64,000 bases of DNA from an uncultured cyanobacterium (GCA_963793425.1 CAWCAG010000009.1:736001-800000), one strand, 5' to 3'; positions 46,299-57,661 are shown, counted from the stretch's first letter. Notes: generated from the letters alone by a model not told the origin. Numbers and translations: made by a program.

Positions 46299-46324
46299 TT
46301 CGGCTTACCGTTGCCGCTAGGCAT
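46299..46324. repeat. SDR-like short element in the recJ-psb30 gap
   Basis: Reverse complement ATGCCTAGCGGCAACGGTAAGCCGAA has the same hairpin-plus-CGAA layout as the 1100-1123 insert. Confidence 0.4.
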
Positions 46325-46331
46325 CATTGAG

Positions 46332-46472
46332 TTACATATCTCCACCGCTAAAAGCCAAGACAAAAATAACAGCAGGCCCAGCAATCATAATTAAACTGAC
46401 AAATAATAAATTAGCGATTACTTCCCAGTTAATACTGGTAACAATATCAACAAATCCTGATAATATGCCCAT
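46332..46472 (-). CDS. psb30: Photosystem II reaction centre protein Psb30/Ycf12 (46 aa, absent from the ORF track)
   Basis: Translated by hand: MGILSGFVDIVTSINWEVIANLLFVSLIMIAGPAVIFVLAFSGGDM, with the INWEVIA...IAGP signature. Confidence 0.92.
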   Translation of the reverse strand: MGILSGFVDIVTSINWEVIANLLFVSLIMIAGPAVIFVLAFSGGDM

Positions 46473-46726
46473 TTCTTCTCCTTGCGTTTTTATCTAAACT
46501 AAATATTAAAGATATAGAAATCCAATTCACATACTACCTGCCTGACCTGACAACTTTTTCATTTATCTTACAAAACTTCATAAAGTTGAGTGAAGAGAAC
46601 AGGGGCAAAAGAAAAATAACTGAACATAATTCAAAAAATATACGGATTAATCACGAGGAGAAGTTGTAGAAACAATTATCATATATAACAATGTGAGCAA
46701 ACCTTAACCCCATTGGAGAAACCCTA

Positions 46727-49300
46727 GTGGAGACTCAATATAACCCGTCGGCAATAGAGAAAAAGTGGCAGCAGAAATGGGCTGAACTTAAATTAGATCA
46801 GACATTAGAAGATAGCAACAAGCCTAAATTCTATGCCCTATCCATGTTTCCCTATCCATCGGGTAACCTCCATATGGGTCATGTACGCAACTATACGATT
46901 ACTGATGTGATTGCCCGTATGAAGCGGATGCAAGGTTATCGTGTACTTCATCCGATGGGTTGGGATGCCTTTGGTTTACCCGCCGAGAATGCTGCCATTA
47001 AAAACGGGGTTCACCCAGCGAAGTGGACTTACCAAAATATTGCTCAAATGAAAAAGCAACTTCAATCTTTAGGCTTTTCCTTAGACTGGGAAAGGGAAGT
47101 TGCCACTTGTTCCCCGGAGTATTATAGGTGGACTCAGTGGATCTTTTTACAGTTTTTCCAGGCTGACTTAGCCTACCAGAAAGAATCGGCGGTTAACTGG
47201 GACCCCGTTGACCAAACAGTTTTAGCCAATGAACAAGTAGATGCTTCCGGACGTTCTTGGCGCAGTGGGGCTATGGTGGAACGGAAGATGTTGCGCCAAT
47301 GGTTTTTGAAGATTACCGATTATGCAGAACAACTTCTTACGGATTTAGATAAATTAACAGGTTGGCCCGAACGGGTTAAACTGATGCAAGCTAACTGGAT
47401 TGGTAAATCTGTTGGGGCTTATTTAGAATTCCCGATTGTCGGTCGGAAAGAAAAAATTGGTGTTTTCACGACCAGACCCGATACTGTTTATGGTGTCAGC
47501 TATCTTGTTCTAGCTCCGGAACACCCCTTAACCGCAAAAGTTACTACTTCTGAACAAAAAGCGGCTGTGGAGGCTTTTATTGAGGAAGTGGCAGGGCAAA
47601 GCGAAATAGAAAGAACAGCAGAAGATAAACCAAAACGGGGGATTCCTACAGGGGGCAAAGCTATCAATCCCTTTAATGGGGAAGAAGTTCCCATTTTAAT
47701 TGCAGACTATGTCTTGTATGAATATGGTACGGGGGCGGTTATGGGTGTTCCCGCCCATGATACACGGGACTTTAAGTTTGCGAAAGAGAAGGATTTACCT
47801 ATTAAAGTTGTAGTTGTGCCGGAAGGAGAGGAAGATAATAACTCAGCTTTAACAGCAGCTTATACCGAAGCGGGAATGATGATTAATTCTGGCCCCTTCA
47901 ACGGCAAAGCTTCCTTGGCTGGTAAAGAAGCTGTAATTCAATATGCAGAAGAACAAGGTTACGGCAAAACCAGAATACAATACCGCCTTCGAGATTGGTT
48001 GATCTCCCGGCAACGCTATTGGGGTGTACCAATTCCCATGGTTCATTGCCCTAACTGTGGTATTGTTCCTGTACCAGAAAAAGACTTACCAGTAGAGTTA
48101 CCCGAAGATGTCAACTTTAGCGGTAAAGGCTCTCCTTTGGCACAATTAACAGACTGGGTTAATGTAGCTTGTCCTAGTTGTAGCGAACCAGCAAAGCGGG
48201 AAACCGATACTATGGATACCTTCATTGATTCTTCTTGGTATTTCCTCCGCTTCACCGATGCTCAAAATGAAGAGGAAATTTTTAATAAGGACAAGGTTAA
48301 TGAGTGGATGAATGTAGATCAATATGTGGGGGGCATTGAACACGCCATCTTGCATTTACTTTATTCTCGCTTTGTAACTAAAGTATTGCGCGATCGCAGC
48401 TTACTCAATTTTGATGAACCTTTCCAACGTCTTTTAACCCAAGGTATGGTGCAAGGGCAAACCTACTTAAACCCCAACAAGCCCGGTAAGGATAAATGGA
48501 TTCCTTCTGCTTTAGTTAATGCAGAAAACCCTGTTGATCCCAATACGGGAGAAGCTTTAGACATGGTTTATGCAACCATGTCTAAATCCAAAGGTAATGG
48601 TGTTGCACCGGAAGATGTTATTGCTAAATACGGCGTTGACACTGCCAGAATGTTTATTTTGTTCAAAGCCCCGCCGGAAAAGGATTTAGAATGGGAAGAT
48701 GCGGATGTTGAAGGGCAATTCCGTTTCTTAAATCGGGTGTGGCGTTTGGTAACAGACTTTGCTGCAAAGTCTCCTAGTGAGAAGAAGCAAAAATCTGCCA
48801 AGATGAACAAAGCAGAAAAAGACTTGCGTCGCGCTATCCACCTTGCCATCAAAGAAGTTAGCGAAGACTTACAAGGAGATTACCAATTTAATACCGCCAT
48901 TTCTGAATTAATGAAACTCAGCAATGCCCTTGGAGATGCCAAGATATCAGATTCACTAGTTTATCAAGAAGGCATTGAAACCTTACTCCAACTCTTAGCA
49001 CCCTTTGCCCCCCATATTACCGAGGAATTGTGGCAAACAATCGGTAAAAGTGATTTAGTTAATCAACAAAGTTGGCCAAAATTTGACCCTCAAGCTTTGC
49101 AAGTAGATGAGATTACTTTAGTGATTCAAATTATGGGTAAAACTCGCGGTACAATTCAAGCCCCAGCCAACTTAAGCAAGTCAGAATTAGAAGACTTTGC
49201 CCGTAACTCAGATGTGGCACAACGGTATATTGGGGATAAGGAAATTAAGAAGGTAATTGTTGTACCCAACAAGCTAGTTAACTTTGTCGTTCCTAAGTAA
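46727..49300 (+). CDS. leuS: Leucine--tRNA ligase
   Basis: [13 protein letters not shown], editing domain [26 protein letters not shown]. Confidence 0.97.
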   Translation: METQYNPSAIEKKWQQKWAELKLDQTLEDSNKPKFYALSMFPYPSGNLHMGHVRNYTITDVIARMKRMQGYRVLHPMGWDAFGLPAENAAIKNGVHPAKWTYQNIAQMKKQLQSLGFSLDWEREVATCSPEYYRWTQWIFLQFFQADLAYQKESAVNWDPVDQTVLANEQVDASGRSWRSGAMVERKMLRQWFLKITDYAEQLLTDLDKLTGWPERVKLMQANWIGKSVGAYLEFPIVGRKEKIGVFTTRPDTVYGVSYLVLAPEHPLTAKVTTSEQKAAVEAFIEEVAGQSEIERTAEDKPKRGIPTGGKAINPFNGEEVPILIADYVLYEYGTGAVMGVPAHDTRDFKFAKEKDLPIKVVVVPEGEEDNNSALTAAYTEAGMMINSGPFNGKASLAGKEAVIQYAEEQGYGKTRIQYRLRDWLISRQRYWGVPIPMVHCPNCGIVPVPEKDLPVELPEDVNFSGKGSPLAQLTDWVNVACPSCSEPAKRETDTMDTFIDSSWYFLRFTDAQNEEEIFNKDKVNEWMNVDQYVGGIEHAILHLLYSRFVTKVLRDRSLLNFDEPFQRLLTQGMVQGQTYLNPNKPGKDKWIPSALVNAENPVDPNTGEALDMVYATMSKSKGNGVAPEDVIAKYGVDTARMFILFKAPPEKDLEWEDADVEGQFRFLNRVWRLVTDFAAKSPSEKKQKSAKMNKAEKDLRRAIHLAIKEVSEDLQGDYQFNTAISELMKLSNALGDAKISDSLVYQEGIETLLQLLAPFAPHITEELWQTIGKSDLVNQQSWPKFDPQALQVDEITLVIQIMGKTRGTIQAPANLSKSELEDFARNSDVAQRYIGDKEIKKVIVVPNKLVNFVVPK

Positions 49301-49331
49301 CTATTCAATAATCAATGATCAAGACGAAGCC

Positions 49332-49634
49332 ATGTTACAGTATGATTTGTCCGCTCTTCCTACCGCTGAAGAATTACCTTCCACTGACTTTAAACCCGTG
49401 GATAATGAATTACAAAGGGCTGTTCCTTTTCTACTCCATCAAATACTGCACTTTATTTGGCAAAATCGCGAAGACTTCTTCTTTGGTATGGACATTGGTT
49501 ACTACTACGACTCAGGGCAACCTGCTATTTCCCCTGATGGCTTTTTGAGTCTTGGTGTCCCGAAAAGGAAAAGACAAACCAAAAATCCTAGCAAAGATTG
49601 GCGTTTAAGCTATGTATTGTGGGAAGAACTATAA
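49332..49634 (+). pseudogene. Truncated Uma2 (PD-(D/E)XK) endonuclease-family gene
   Basis: LPTAEELP..DFKPVDNELQ, FFFGMDIG, SPDGFLSLGV, SYVLWEE, then a stop before the usual LEVVS motif. Confidence 0.75.
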
Positions 49635-49653
49635 AGAAAACAATTTTCAGCTA

Positions 49654-50352
49654 TTAATTCCTTAACTCTGTCAACTTCTGAGCTACATTCTGAATATCTT
49701 GCCACATCAACCACTTCGGCTTACCTTTTTCCCGCGAAGGATTGCGTAATAAATAAGCAGGATGAAAAATTGCCATGCAAGCCCTGCCTTGCCATTCTAA
49801 CCATTGACCCCGCACTTTCGTAATACCTCTTTTTTCCCCTGTCAATGCTTTTAAAGCTGTCGCCCCGGTAAAAAGAATAATCTTCGGATCTATCAGACGA
49901 ATTTGTTCTAAAAGATAGGGTGTGCAAGACTCAATCTCTTTCGCCACAGGAGTTCGATTTCCAGGAGGGCGACATTTAACCACATTCGCAATATAAATAT
50001 CTTGTTCCGTATCTAGTTTCACTGAAGCTAAAATCTTTTCTAACAATTGCCCAGACTTCCCTACAAAAGGTAAACCTGTCTCATCTTCTTGTTGTCCAGG
50101 CCCTTCACCAATAACCATTATATCTGCTTGATGGTTGCCTCGCCCCACAACAACATTTGTACGACTTAAACTTAATTCACAACGCTGGCACTGTTGGCAA
50201 TGATTAGTTAGCTGTTCTAGATTTTGATAAGTATTTTGGGGAATAGGGATATTAGCATCAGTAGGAATCAAATCGAACTCAGACTCTGTAAGAGATGGAG
50301 TCTGCTCAATATCTGAGTTATCAAAAAGACTAAATTGTTGAACCTCGGTCAT
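49654..50352 (-). CDS. Uracil-DNA glycosylase (family 4)
   Basis: CQQCQRC, GEGPG, PFVG, NVVKCRPPGNR, FHPAYLLR; ATG at 50352. Confidence 0.93.
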   Translation of the reverse strand: MTEVQQFSLFDNSDIEQTPSLTESEFDLIPTDANIPIPQNTYQNLEQLTNHCQQCQRCELSLSRTNVVVGRGNHQADIMVIGEGPGQQEDETGLPFVGKSGQLLEKILASVKLDTEQDIYIANVVKCRPPGNRTPVAKEIESCTPYLLEQIRLIDPKIILFTGATALKALTGEKRGITKVRGQWLEWQGRACMAIFHPAYLLRNPSREKGKPKWLMWQDIQNVAQKLTELRN

Positions 50353-50572
50353 TGCCTTCGGTAGTTGCTGGTTTGCGATCGCAGTTCTTGTGATTATACC
50401 GCTTCTTGACAAATCCACTGGCATTGAGGAAAAAATCTCCCCTAGCTTCCCATATCTTGATACATAGACATTCAAAACCAGCAGTTATCTATTTTACAAA
50501 AAAGATTTAGTATTAAATTGTCTGTTTACATACAAATAGAATAATGTCAATTTCGGGAGGGGGAAAACAACC

Positions 50573-51259
50573 ATGTCAACAGCTACCCAGTTTAAGGATC
50601 GCCTCAGTGCAGGAGAACAGCTAGGTGAAAAAATAGTTATGGAAATGACTCAGCTAAGATTAGAAGAAATCTGGGCTAGTCCGATTGTTTATGCCCTGCC
50701 TAGAGGTGGCGTTAGTGTTGCTGTTCCCCTTGCCCAACAACTCAATTGTGCTTTAGAGGTGGTGGTTGCAAAAAAAATCTCCTTGCCTGAGAACCCAGAA
50801 TTAGCTGTTGGGGCGCTTACGAATGAAGGGCAAGTCCTTTGGACTTATTCTCAAAGCTTAAAAGAGCAAACCCCTCAACAGCTAAAAGCTGCCCAATACG
50901 AAGCAGAAAGAAGAGCAGCCAGCCAGCACCAATTATTTGCTGATTTTGATCTCAAGATTAATCCTCAAGGGGCGATCGCTATTTTAGTAGATGATGGCAT
51001 CGCCACGGGAATGACGATGGCAGTAGCGATCCAAACCTTGAGAACCTATTCTCCTGCCCAAATCTGGCTTTGCGCTCCTGTAGCACCACGAGAATTAATT
51101 GATAAGCTTAGAAGTTGGTGCGATCGCTTGATTATTTTGGAAACCCCCCATCCTTTTCATAGTGTTAGCCGCTTTTATGAAAAGTTTGATCAAGTGGAGG
51201 ATGAGCAGGCTTTGGCTTATTTGGAAGAACATAGACAGTATTTAGAGTCTAGTTTTTAA
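50573..51259 (+). CDS. Phosphoribosyltransferase-family protein
   Basis: FKDR..AG, ALPRGG, VDDGIATG, CAPVAP. Confidence 0.88.
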   Translation: MSTATQFKDRLSAGEQLGEKIVMEMTQLRLEEIWASPIVYALPRGGVSVAVPLAQQLNCALEVVVAKKISLPENPELAVGALTNEGQVLWTYSQSLKEQTPQQLKAAQYEAERRAASQHQLFADFDLKINPQGAIAILVDDGIATGMTMAVAIQTLRTYSPAQIWLCAPVAPRELIDKLRSWCDRLIILETPHPFHSVSRFYEKFDQVEDEQALAYLEEHRQYLESSF

Positions 51260-51289
51260 AGTATTAAGTAATAAGTTATGAACAAAGAT

Positions 51290-51886
51290 TCAATTTAAAA
51301 GTAAGCTGGAAGTTTGTAAAATACTATAGCCGAGAAAAGCAAATATCAGGGTGATTAAAAAGCTCAGAAAATAACTCACACACATTAGTAAACCATCAGC
51401 TTCTAACATGGCTATGGCTAAAAAGAGAATGCCTATTGTGGGCATAAAGTTTGTGAAAGGTAAGGGCAAGATTAATAAAATAGTTAGCCAAGCAATACAA
51501 ACTCCATTTAAGCGCCAAATGTAGGGATTTTTAGCTAACCCCAACAAGCGAGGACGAACAAATTTTTCTAAAAACTGAGTAATACTTTTCAGTTTTTGTA
51601 ACAATTTGATTGTGATTTTTTGTGGAAACTGATAATTACTGACTCGCTTCGGTAGCCACAAATTATTTTTACCTAAAGCCATTTGTATAGCTAACAAAAA
51701 ACACCCTAATCCCAAAATACTTGCTGAGCCGGGGGGCATAGGGACTAAAAAAGGTAAAACTAATAAAGCAATGACTAAAGTTATTCCTCGCTGAGAAGTT
51801 TCTTGTAAAACATCTTTAATAGTCAGAGGTTGATGAGTTAGTGCCTCAAGCAAATATTCAATGTCTTGAGAAAAATTGAGATACAT
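51290..51886 (-). CDS. Exopolysaccharide synthesis ExoD-family protein
   Basis: LPFLVPMPPG, LWLP, RPRL, LPLPFTN, EADG; TM helices. Confidence 0.85.
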   Translation of the reverse strand: MYLNFSQDIEYLLEALTHQPLTIKDVLQETSQRGITLVIALLVLPFLVPMPPGSASILGLGCFLLAIQMALGKNNLWLPKRVSNYQFPQKITIKLLQKLKSITQFLEKFVRPRLLGLAKNPYIWRLNGVCIAWLTILLILPLPFTNFMPTIGILFLAIAMLEADGLLMCVSYFLSFLITLIFAFLGYSILQTSSLLLN

Positions 51887-51959
51887 AAAATGGTTCTCAT
51901 GAAAATGATGTCTATTACAATATTTAGATATTTGCTAATTACTGATTGAAATTCAATCT

Positions 51960-53750
51960 TCATAAACCATAAATCCAAATAATTAGTAAAGGCGTAATAA
52001 TAGTTAGTAACAAATTAAGACCAGCTCCAAAACGGGTAAAATCAAAAAACTTATAGTTTCCTGGCCCATAAACCATCGTATTAGTTTGGTAACCAATAGG
52101 AGTCATAAAACTTGTTGAAGCAGCGAAAGTTACAGCAAACATGAAAGCAAGTGGATTAAGTTCTAAAGTTTTAGCCACCTCCACAGCAATAGGCAGCATC
52201 AAAACGACTGAAGCATTGTTAGAGAGAATTTCTGTTAACAAAGAGGTAGTTAAATAGAAAAGAGTCAAAACCCAATAGCCAGATAAATTCCCTCCTAAAA
52301 CAACCAAATTATCTGCTAACCAAGCCGTTGCCCCAGAATTATCCATGGCAATGCCTAAAGGAATTAAACCGGCTAGAAGAAATATGACATCCCAACGTAC
52401 AGCACTATAAATTTCCCCTGGTTTCAGACAGCCTGTAATAATCATTAAAACTACCCCAGCTAGCGCACTAACCAAAATTGGTACTAAGTCAGCAGCAGCT
52501 AAGGCGACTACTGCCATGATGATAGCAATGGCAATAGGAGCCTTATCAGTACGTAAACTTTCCAAATCTCCTTGTTCAATTACCAATAGTTCTTTAGTGG
52601 TTTGTAAACCTAAAAAGCTTTGTCTTGGGGCTTGAATGAGTAATAAATCTCCAAAACGCAAAGGCACTCTGCCTAATCTTTTGCGGACAAATTCCTGTCC
52701 TCTACGGATAGCGATTACCGTAGCATTATAACGTTGGCGAAAACGTAAATCTTTGAGGGTAGAACCGATTAAATGAGAATTAGATAAAATCAAAACTTCC
52801 CCGACTTTTTCTTCTCCTGAAGTTAGTTCTACCTCCAAAGAACCTTGACCAAATTCTACATCTGGTAGTATATCAATTCCTCTTTCATCTTTAATGTTTA
52901 ATAAGTCATCTCGACTTCCCCGGACAATTAAAATATCTCCAGCGGAAAGCACTTTATCAGCTAAAGGTTGAGGGAAACGGTTATCATCGTGGATAATTTC
53001 TAGGATGTCTAAATCAAACTTACGTTGGATTTGACTTTGGCTCAAAGTTTGGCCTATCAAACTAGAACGAGGGAGAACAACCACCTCACTAACATAATCT
53101 TTTAAACCATATTCTTGCCCGACTAAATCACTATTAGCTTTTTTACGATCTGGTAAAAATCTTGGTGCAGCTAAAGTGAGATAAGTTAAACCAATACAGA
53201 AAGTAGCAAGACCCAAAGGAGTAAATTGGAAAATACTAAATTCTCCATATCCTAACTGTTTTGATAAGCCACTAGCGAGGATATTTGTGGAAGTACCAAT
53301 AACAGTAATCATTCCTCCTAAAATGGAAATATAAGAAAGAGGAATTAGGAGTTTAGAAACAGAAATTCCTTGTTTTTTTCCCCATTCTTCAACAATGGGC
53401 AGAAACACAGCTACCACAGCAGTATTGTTGATTAAAGCAGAAATGGGGCCAACAACAACACCCATGATCAAAATCTGTTGAGTTGGGTTTTGTCCTCCAA
53501 ATTGTATCAGCCAATCTCGAATTACCTGAACTACCCCTGTACGAGTAACTCCAGCGCTAAGAATAAACATCGCCATTACTGTGATGGTGGCAGCATTACC
53601 AAAACCAGAAATGCCTTCTTCTGGTTCAACTAATCCTAGTAACATCAAAATGACTGTCACTAAAATAGCGGTAATATCTACAGGTAGCCACTCAGTGATA
53701 AACAGTACTAAAGCCAAAACCAAGACGCTGAGGGTAAGAAGAATTGTCAT
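51960..53750 (-). CDS. SLC13-family permease with TrkA-C domains
   Basis: SALINNTAVV, IGTSTN, two TrkA-C repeats, SNNAS, TPIGYQTN. Confidence 0.9.
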   Translation of the reverse strand: MTILLTLSVLVLALVLFITEWLPVDITAILVTVILMLLGLVEPEEGISGFGNAATITVMAMFILSAGVTRTGVVQVIRDWLIQFGGQNPTQQILIMGVVVGPISALINNTAVVAVFLPIVEEWGKKQGISVSKLLIPLSYISILGGMITVIGTSTNILASGLSKQLGYGEFSIFQFTPLGLATFCIGLTYLTLAAPRFLPDRKKANSDLVGQEYGLKDYVSEVVVLPRSSLIGQTLSQSQIQRKFDLDILEIIHDDNRFPQPLADKVLSAGDILIVRGSRDDLLNIKDERGIDILPDVEFGQGSLEVELTSGEEKVGEVLILSNSHLIGSTLKDLRFRQRYNATVIAIRRGQEFVRKRLGRVPLRFGDLLLIQAPRQSFLGLQTTKELLVIEQGDLESLRTDKAPIAIAIIMAVVALAAADLVPILVSALAGVVLMIITGCLKPGEIYSAVRWDVIFLLAGLIPLGIAMDNSGATAWLADNLVVLGGNLSGYWVLTLFYLTTSLLTEILSNNASVVLMLPIAVEVAKTLELNPLAFMFAVTFAASTSFMTPIGYQTNTMVYGPGNYKFFDFTRFGAGLNLLLTIITPLLIIWIYGL

Positions 53751-53969
53751 GCTAAGGGGAAAAAGAATATAGTGTTTCGTTGAGGTTTTTAATTAACTTG
53801 TTTGAACTTGAGAAAGTATATATCTTTTAACCCAAAATAGCGACTATATTTAGTTAGTCAATAGTTCCCATTTCCCTCCCTAACTCCTGAAGTGATAGAT
53901 TTGTGCTATAAATGCAGCTTTTTATCTTAAAAAGTCAACTAAATCAAAGCTGTAAGGGAGTAAGATTTT

Positions 53970-54911
53970 ATGTCTGAAGAACGTCAAGAACAAACATCCT
54001 CAACCGTTAAGGCAGCTAATCAATCTTTTCTGAAAGCCCAAACTATCAAAACTCTGCGGGGAACGATTAATGTCCTAGAAGGAGTAGTAGATAAGCTAGA
54101 AGCTGAACCTGAAACACAAATTGCTACTACGATTAGTAGCGAAGAAGTTGGGGAAATTACAGAAGAGTTTAACCAAGAAGTTACTACTTTCCCGACACCA
54201 GAACCGATAGAAGAAGTTCCGACACAATTAGTTGAAGCGGAAACAACAGAAGTTAAGCAAGAAACTCCCCCTGGTAAAACCAGATTTTTCGATAAAATTT
54301 TGCCCAATTTCCCGACAGTAGAAACTTGGTGGGATGATAATTTGGATAAAATCCGTTCTTTGTTACCGACATCAGTAAGCGAGAAGCTTTCTGATTGGGG
54401 TTTGACAGGAATTTTAGTGACAATTGTGGTGATTATGTTGTGGACTGGGGTGGCTTTATTGCCTCAAAGAGATGTTCAAATAGCCCAGGAACAAGAAACC
54501 TTACCTCCTTTGATAGAAGCACCTCAAGAATTAAGCGCCCCACAAGAACCACAACCTATACAAGAACTTCCTCCCCCTCCTCCTCCAGAACCAAAATTAA
54601 CCCCAGAACAGGGCTTGATTGCAGCAATTCAAAAACAAACAGCAGAAATTACTAATCAATATGCAGAAGGTTTGGTTAACTCCATTGAAGCAGATTTTGT
54701 TGGTAGTAATTTAACAGTTAAAGTCAGTGATGATTGGTATGAATTAACTCCTTTTCGCCAATCTAAGCTAGCTAATAAAATGTTAGCTAAGGCTCAGAAT
54801 TTAGATTTTAGTAAGTTGAAAATAACGACCAGAGAAGGGAAACTTTTGGCTCGTAGCCCGGTGATTGGTTCGGATATGATTATTTTAGAAAGGCAGGCTG
54901 TTCCAAAATAG
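53970..54911 (+). CDS. Hypothetical single-pass membrane protein with Pro-rich linker
   Basis: One TM helix, PPPPPPEP, LTPEQ..IAAIQ, ARSPVIG. Confidence 0.75.
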   Translation: MSEERQEQTSSTVKAANQSFLKAQTIKTLRGTINVLEGVVDKLEAEPETQIATTISSEEVGEITEEFNQEVTTFPTPEPIEEVPTQLVEAETTEVKQETPPGKTRFFDKILPNFPTVETWWDDNLDKIRSLLPTSVSEKLSDWGLTGILVTIVVIMLWTGVALLPQRDVQIAQEQETLPPLIEAPQELSAPQEPQPIQELPPPPPPEPKLTPEQGLIAAIQKQTAEITNQYAEGLVNSIEADFVGSNLTVKVSDDWYELTPFRQSKLANKMLAKAQNLDFSKLKITTREGKLLARSPVIGSDMIILERQAVPK

Positions 54912-54926
54912 AGAAAAGGAAAGAAA

Positions 54927-56480
54927 TCAGGGAGCATACTTATCTGCAAATAACCAACTATTGTTTTGTTGATTCCAAACCAGTTCAATGCGAGATTTAG
55001 GATCTTTGTAGAAAGTTCCCTTTTTCATATTGTAGCTAAGTTGAGCTTCGATAATAGCTTTAGCTTCATTCTGTTCAATAACCTTGATTTCACCAACATT
55101 AATACTATCCACACTATCCCACCAATCCTGATAGCTACTAAATCCCCCTGATTTAGCTTGGAATCCTGGGGTTAGATTATTCCAGGTACGGTTATAAAAG
55201 CGGTTATTAAGAGCGGTATAGTGATTTGAGATGAAGTTATTTGGTGAAGGTCTTGGTTGGGTAGAAGCATCATCAACTTCTTCTTCTTGGGGTACTTCCG
55301 GAGATTGAGGTTGAGGGATAGGAGTTACTGGAGTTACTGGAGTTACTGGAGTTACTGGTCTAGGAGAAGGTTCATTACTAGTATCATTAGTTGTCAGAGT
55401 ATTTTCTACTTCTGTATCCGGTTCGCCAGAAGACACCACTTCGTTTTGGTCTTGAACTGAGGGTTTAATCAAAAACAAACCCATTAACAAAAATACCCCA
55501 ACCACACCTCCAGTCAAGACAGCTTTTTGCCAGTCTCTCATGGCATTGCTTCTCTGTTCTACAGCGGCAACTAAAGTTGGAGATTCTTGGGGAGAAACAA
55601 AGTTGATGGGGGCAGAAACTTCTGTTCTTTCTTGAGGAGGTAAGGTTTTTGTTCCTGTTCCTCCTTGTAACACCTCCAACATTTCCTTGGTACTAGAATA
55701 GCGATCGCGAGGATGATATTGCACAGCCCGATCTAAAATTTCTGCAAAGCTAGAACTTACTCCTGGGGCATATTGATGCCAAAAAACTGTTCCTGTTTGA
55801 GGGTCAGTTCCCAATTCCTGGGGGATCTTGCCCGTCAAGCTATAAATAGCCGTCAACCCCAAACTATAAATATCACTAGGATAAATCGGTCTTCCTGCAC
55901 TTTGTTCCCCTGGCATATAACCTGGAGTACCAATCACAATAGAACTAGCACTATGACCAGAAGCTGTAAACACTGTTCCCATTGCTTCTTTCACCGCGCC
56001 AAAATCAATGAGAACTGGGGAATAATCTACTGAACGCAAAATAATGTTATCAGGTTTGATATCCCGATGAATAATACGCTTACTATGAACATAGTCGAGG
56101 ACTGGTAGAATCTCCAGCAAAATTTCCCTAACAGAACTCTCACTGAGAATTCCTCCATTTTGTACCTGGGCAGTAATAGTTGCTCCTTCGATATATTCTT
56201 GAACCAAGTAAAATTGACCAGCGTTTTCAAAATAAGCATACAAGCGAGGAATGCGAGTATGTCCTTCTCCCAATTCCTCTAAGATAACTGCTTCGCGTTG
56301 AAACCGTTCTTTTGCTAACTGATAGACTTGGGGATTATTGCTAAGGGGTTTGAGTTGTTTAATGACGCAGCGACGACCTGAAGGCATATAGGTATCTTCA
56401 GCCAGAAAAGTATCCCCAAACCCTCCAGTCCCCAAAGGGCGAATAATTTGATAGCGATTTTCTAAGGTTTGCAGCGTCAT
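54927..56480 (-). CDS. Hanks-type Ser/Thr protein kinase with TM and extracytoplasmic domain
   Basis: LGTGGFG, VIKQL, HRDIKPDN, DFG, GTPGYM, SDIYSLG. Confidence 0.93.
   Translation of the reverse strand: MTLQTLENRYQIIRPLGTGGFGDTFLAEDTYMPSGRRCVIKQLKPLSNNPQVYQLAKERFQREAVILEELGEGHTRIPRLYAYFENAGQFYLVQEYIEGATITAQVQNGGILSESSVREILLEILPVLDYVHSKRIIHRDIKPDNIILRSVDYSPVLIDFGAVKEAMGTVFTASGHSASSIVIGTPGYMPGEQSAGRPIYPSDIYSLGLTAIYSLTGKIPQELGTDPQTGTVFWHQYAPGVSSSFAEILDRAVQYHPRDRYSSTKEMLEVLQGGTGTKTLPPQERTEVSAPINFVSPQESPTLVAAVEQRSNAMRDWQKAVLTGGVVGVFLLMGLFLIKPSVQDQNEVVSSGEPDTEVENTLTTNDTSNEPSPRPVTPVTPVTPVTPIPQPQSPEVPQEEEVDDASTQPRPSPNNFISNHYTALNNRFYNRTWNNLTPGFQAKSGGFSSYQDWWDSVDSINVGEIKVIEQNEAKAIIEAQLSYNMKKGTFYKDPKSRIELVWNQQNNSWLFADKYAP
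55321..55358. repeat. 9-bp tandem repeat (GGAGTTACT)x4 encoding the PVT linker
   Basis: Read directly; lies within the kinase gene. Confidence 0.9.
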
Positions 56481-56616
56481 GGTATCTCACCCCTGTCAGG
56501 GACTTATAAAGTTTTGCGATTGTGAGATGCTCCCAACTCCAATATTATGTTTTACACTGTTGCAAGTTCATTTTCCGCTCAAGGTCTGAAAAATAAGCAT
56601 TTAGTTAAAATCGCTC

Positions 56617-57582
56617 CTAAAAACTGACTTCAATACCTCTACTTCTTAACCTTTGCATAAAAAACTCTTCTAAGGAAGTACGAGCGAGATCCATACTGAT
56701 TAATTGGGCATCCATAAGACGTAGAGTAGCAATGAATTCTTGAGGTTCTCCTTGTAGTTGACCATACCAAAAATCTTCTTTAAACCTCAAGTTAGCCACC
56801 CAACGTTGGAGAATGTCAACATTTCCTCCTTTACCTTTAACCTGATAAGCATTAATAGAACCAAGAAGTTCATCTAAAGAACCGACACAAATAAGTTCTC
56901 CCCTGGCCAAAATAGCGATGCGATCGCAGATTTTTTCTACATCTCCTAAAACATGAGAGTTAAAGAAAATGGTCTTTCCTTGTTCTTTCAAGGAAAGAAT
57001 TATTTCCCGCATTTGGTAGCGCCCTAGAGGATCTAATCCTGACATTGGTTCGTCTAAAAAAACCACATCGGGGTTATTAATCAAAGCTTGGGCCATACCA
57101 ATTCTTTGTAGCATTCCCTTAGAATACTGGCGCAGTTGTTTATTACGAGTAGCAGATTGAGTTAAGCCAACTAAATCTATTAGTTGAGGAATGCGTTTTT
57201 TCTGTTGGGAGGGAGGAATTTGGAATAGTCCTGCGGTGTATTCTAGAAATTCCCAGCCTGTAAGAAAGTCATAAAAATAGGGGTTTTCGGGAAGATAGCC
57301 AATCTGTTCTTTGACCTGGCGGTTGCCGAGGGGTTGCCCTAATAACCTAGCTTTTCCTGAAGTAGGGCGAACAATCCCCAGTAGGGTTTTCAACAAAGTT
57401 GTTTTTCCTGCACCATTGGGGCCTAGCAAACCGAAGGTTTCCCCTTCTTGAACCTCTATTGAAAAGTTTTTCAGAGATTCTATCTTCTGGTTTAACCAAA
57501 AACCAGTACGATAAATTTTGCCAAGTTGCCAAGTTTGCACCACTGGAATTGCTTTAGGCGAGTTAACTGGTACGATCGTCAT
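56617..57582 (-). CDS. ABC transporter ATP-binding protein
   Basis: GPNGAGKTT, YSKGM, LDEPMSGLD, NSH. Confidence 0.9.
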   Translation of the reverse strand: MTIVPVNSPKAIPVVQTWQLGKIYRTGFWLNQKIESLKNFSIEVQEGETFGLLGPNGAGKTTLLKTLLGIVRPTSGKARLLGQPLGNRQVKEQIGYLPENPYFYDFLTGWEFLEYTAGLFQIPPSQQKKRIPQLIDLVGLTQSATRNKQLRQYSKGMLQRIGMAQALINNPDVVFLDEPMSGLDPLGRYQMREIILSLKEQGKTIFFNSHVLGDVEKICDRIAILARGELICVGSLDELLGSINAYQVKGKGGNVDILQRWVANLRFKEDFWYGQLQGEPQEFIATLRLMDAQLISMDLARTSLEEFFMQRLRSRGIEVSF

Positions 57583-57661
57583 TCTTTATGTTGATTGCTC
57601 TTTGTTTCTTGTCCTATGCTCTTATAATTAAGTATAGGTTTGTAGAGTATCAAGGATAAAA

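Noticed and set aside
55321..55358. 9-bp tandem repeat as a phase-variation switch
   Set aside because: The unit is a multiple of 3 and only changes the length of a PVT linker.
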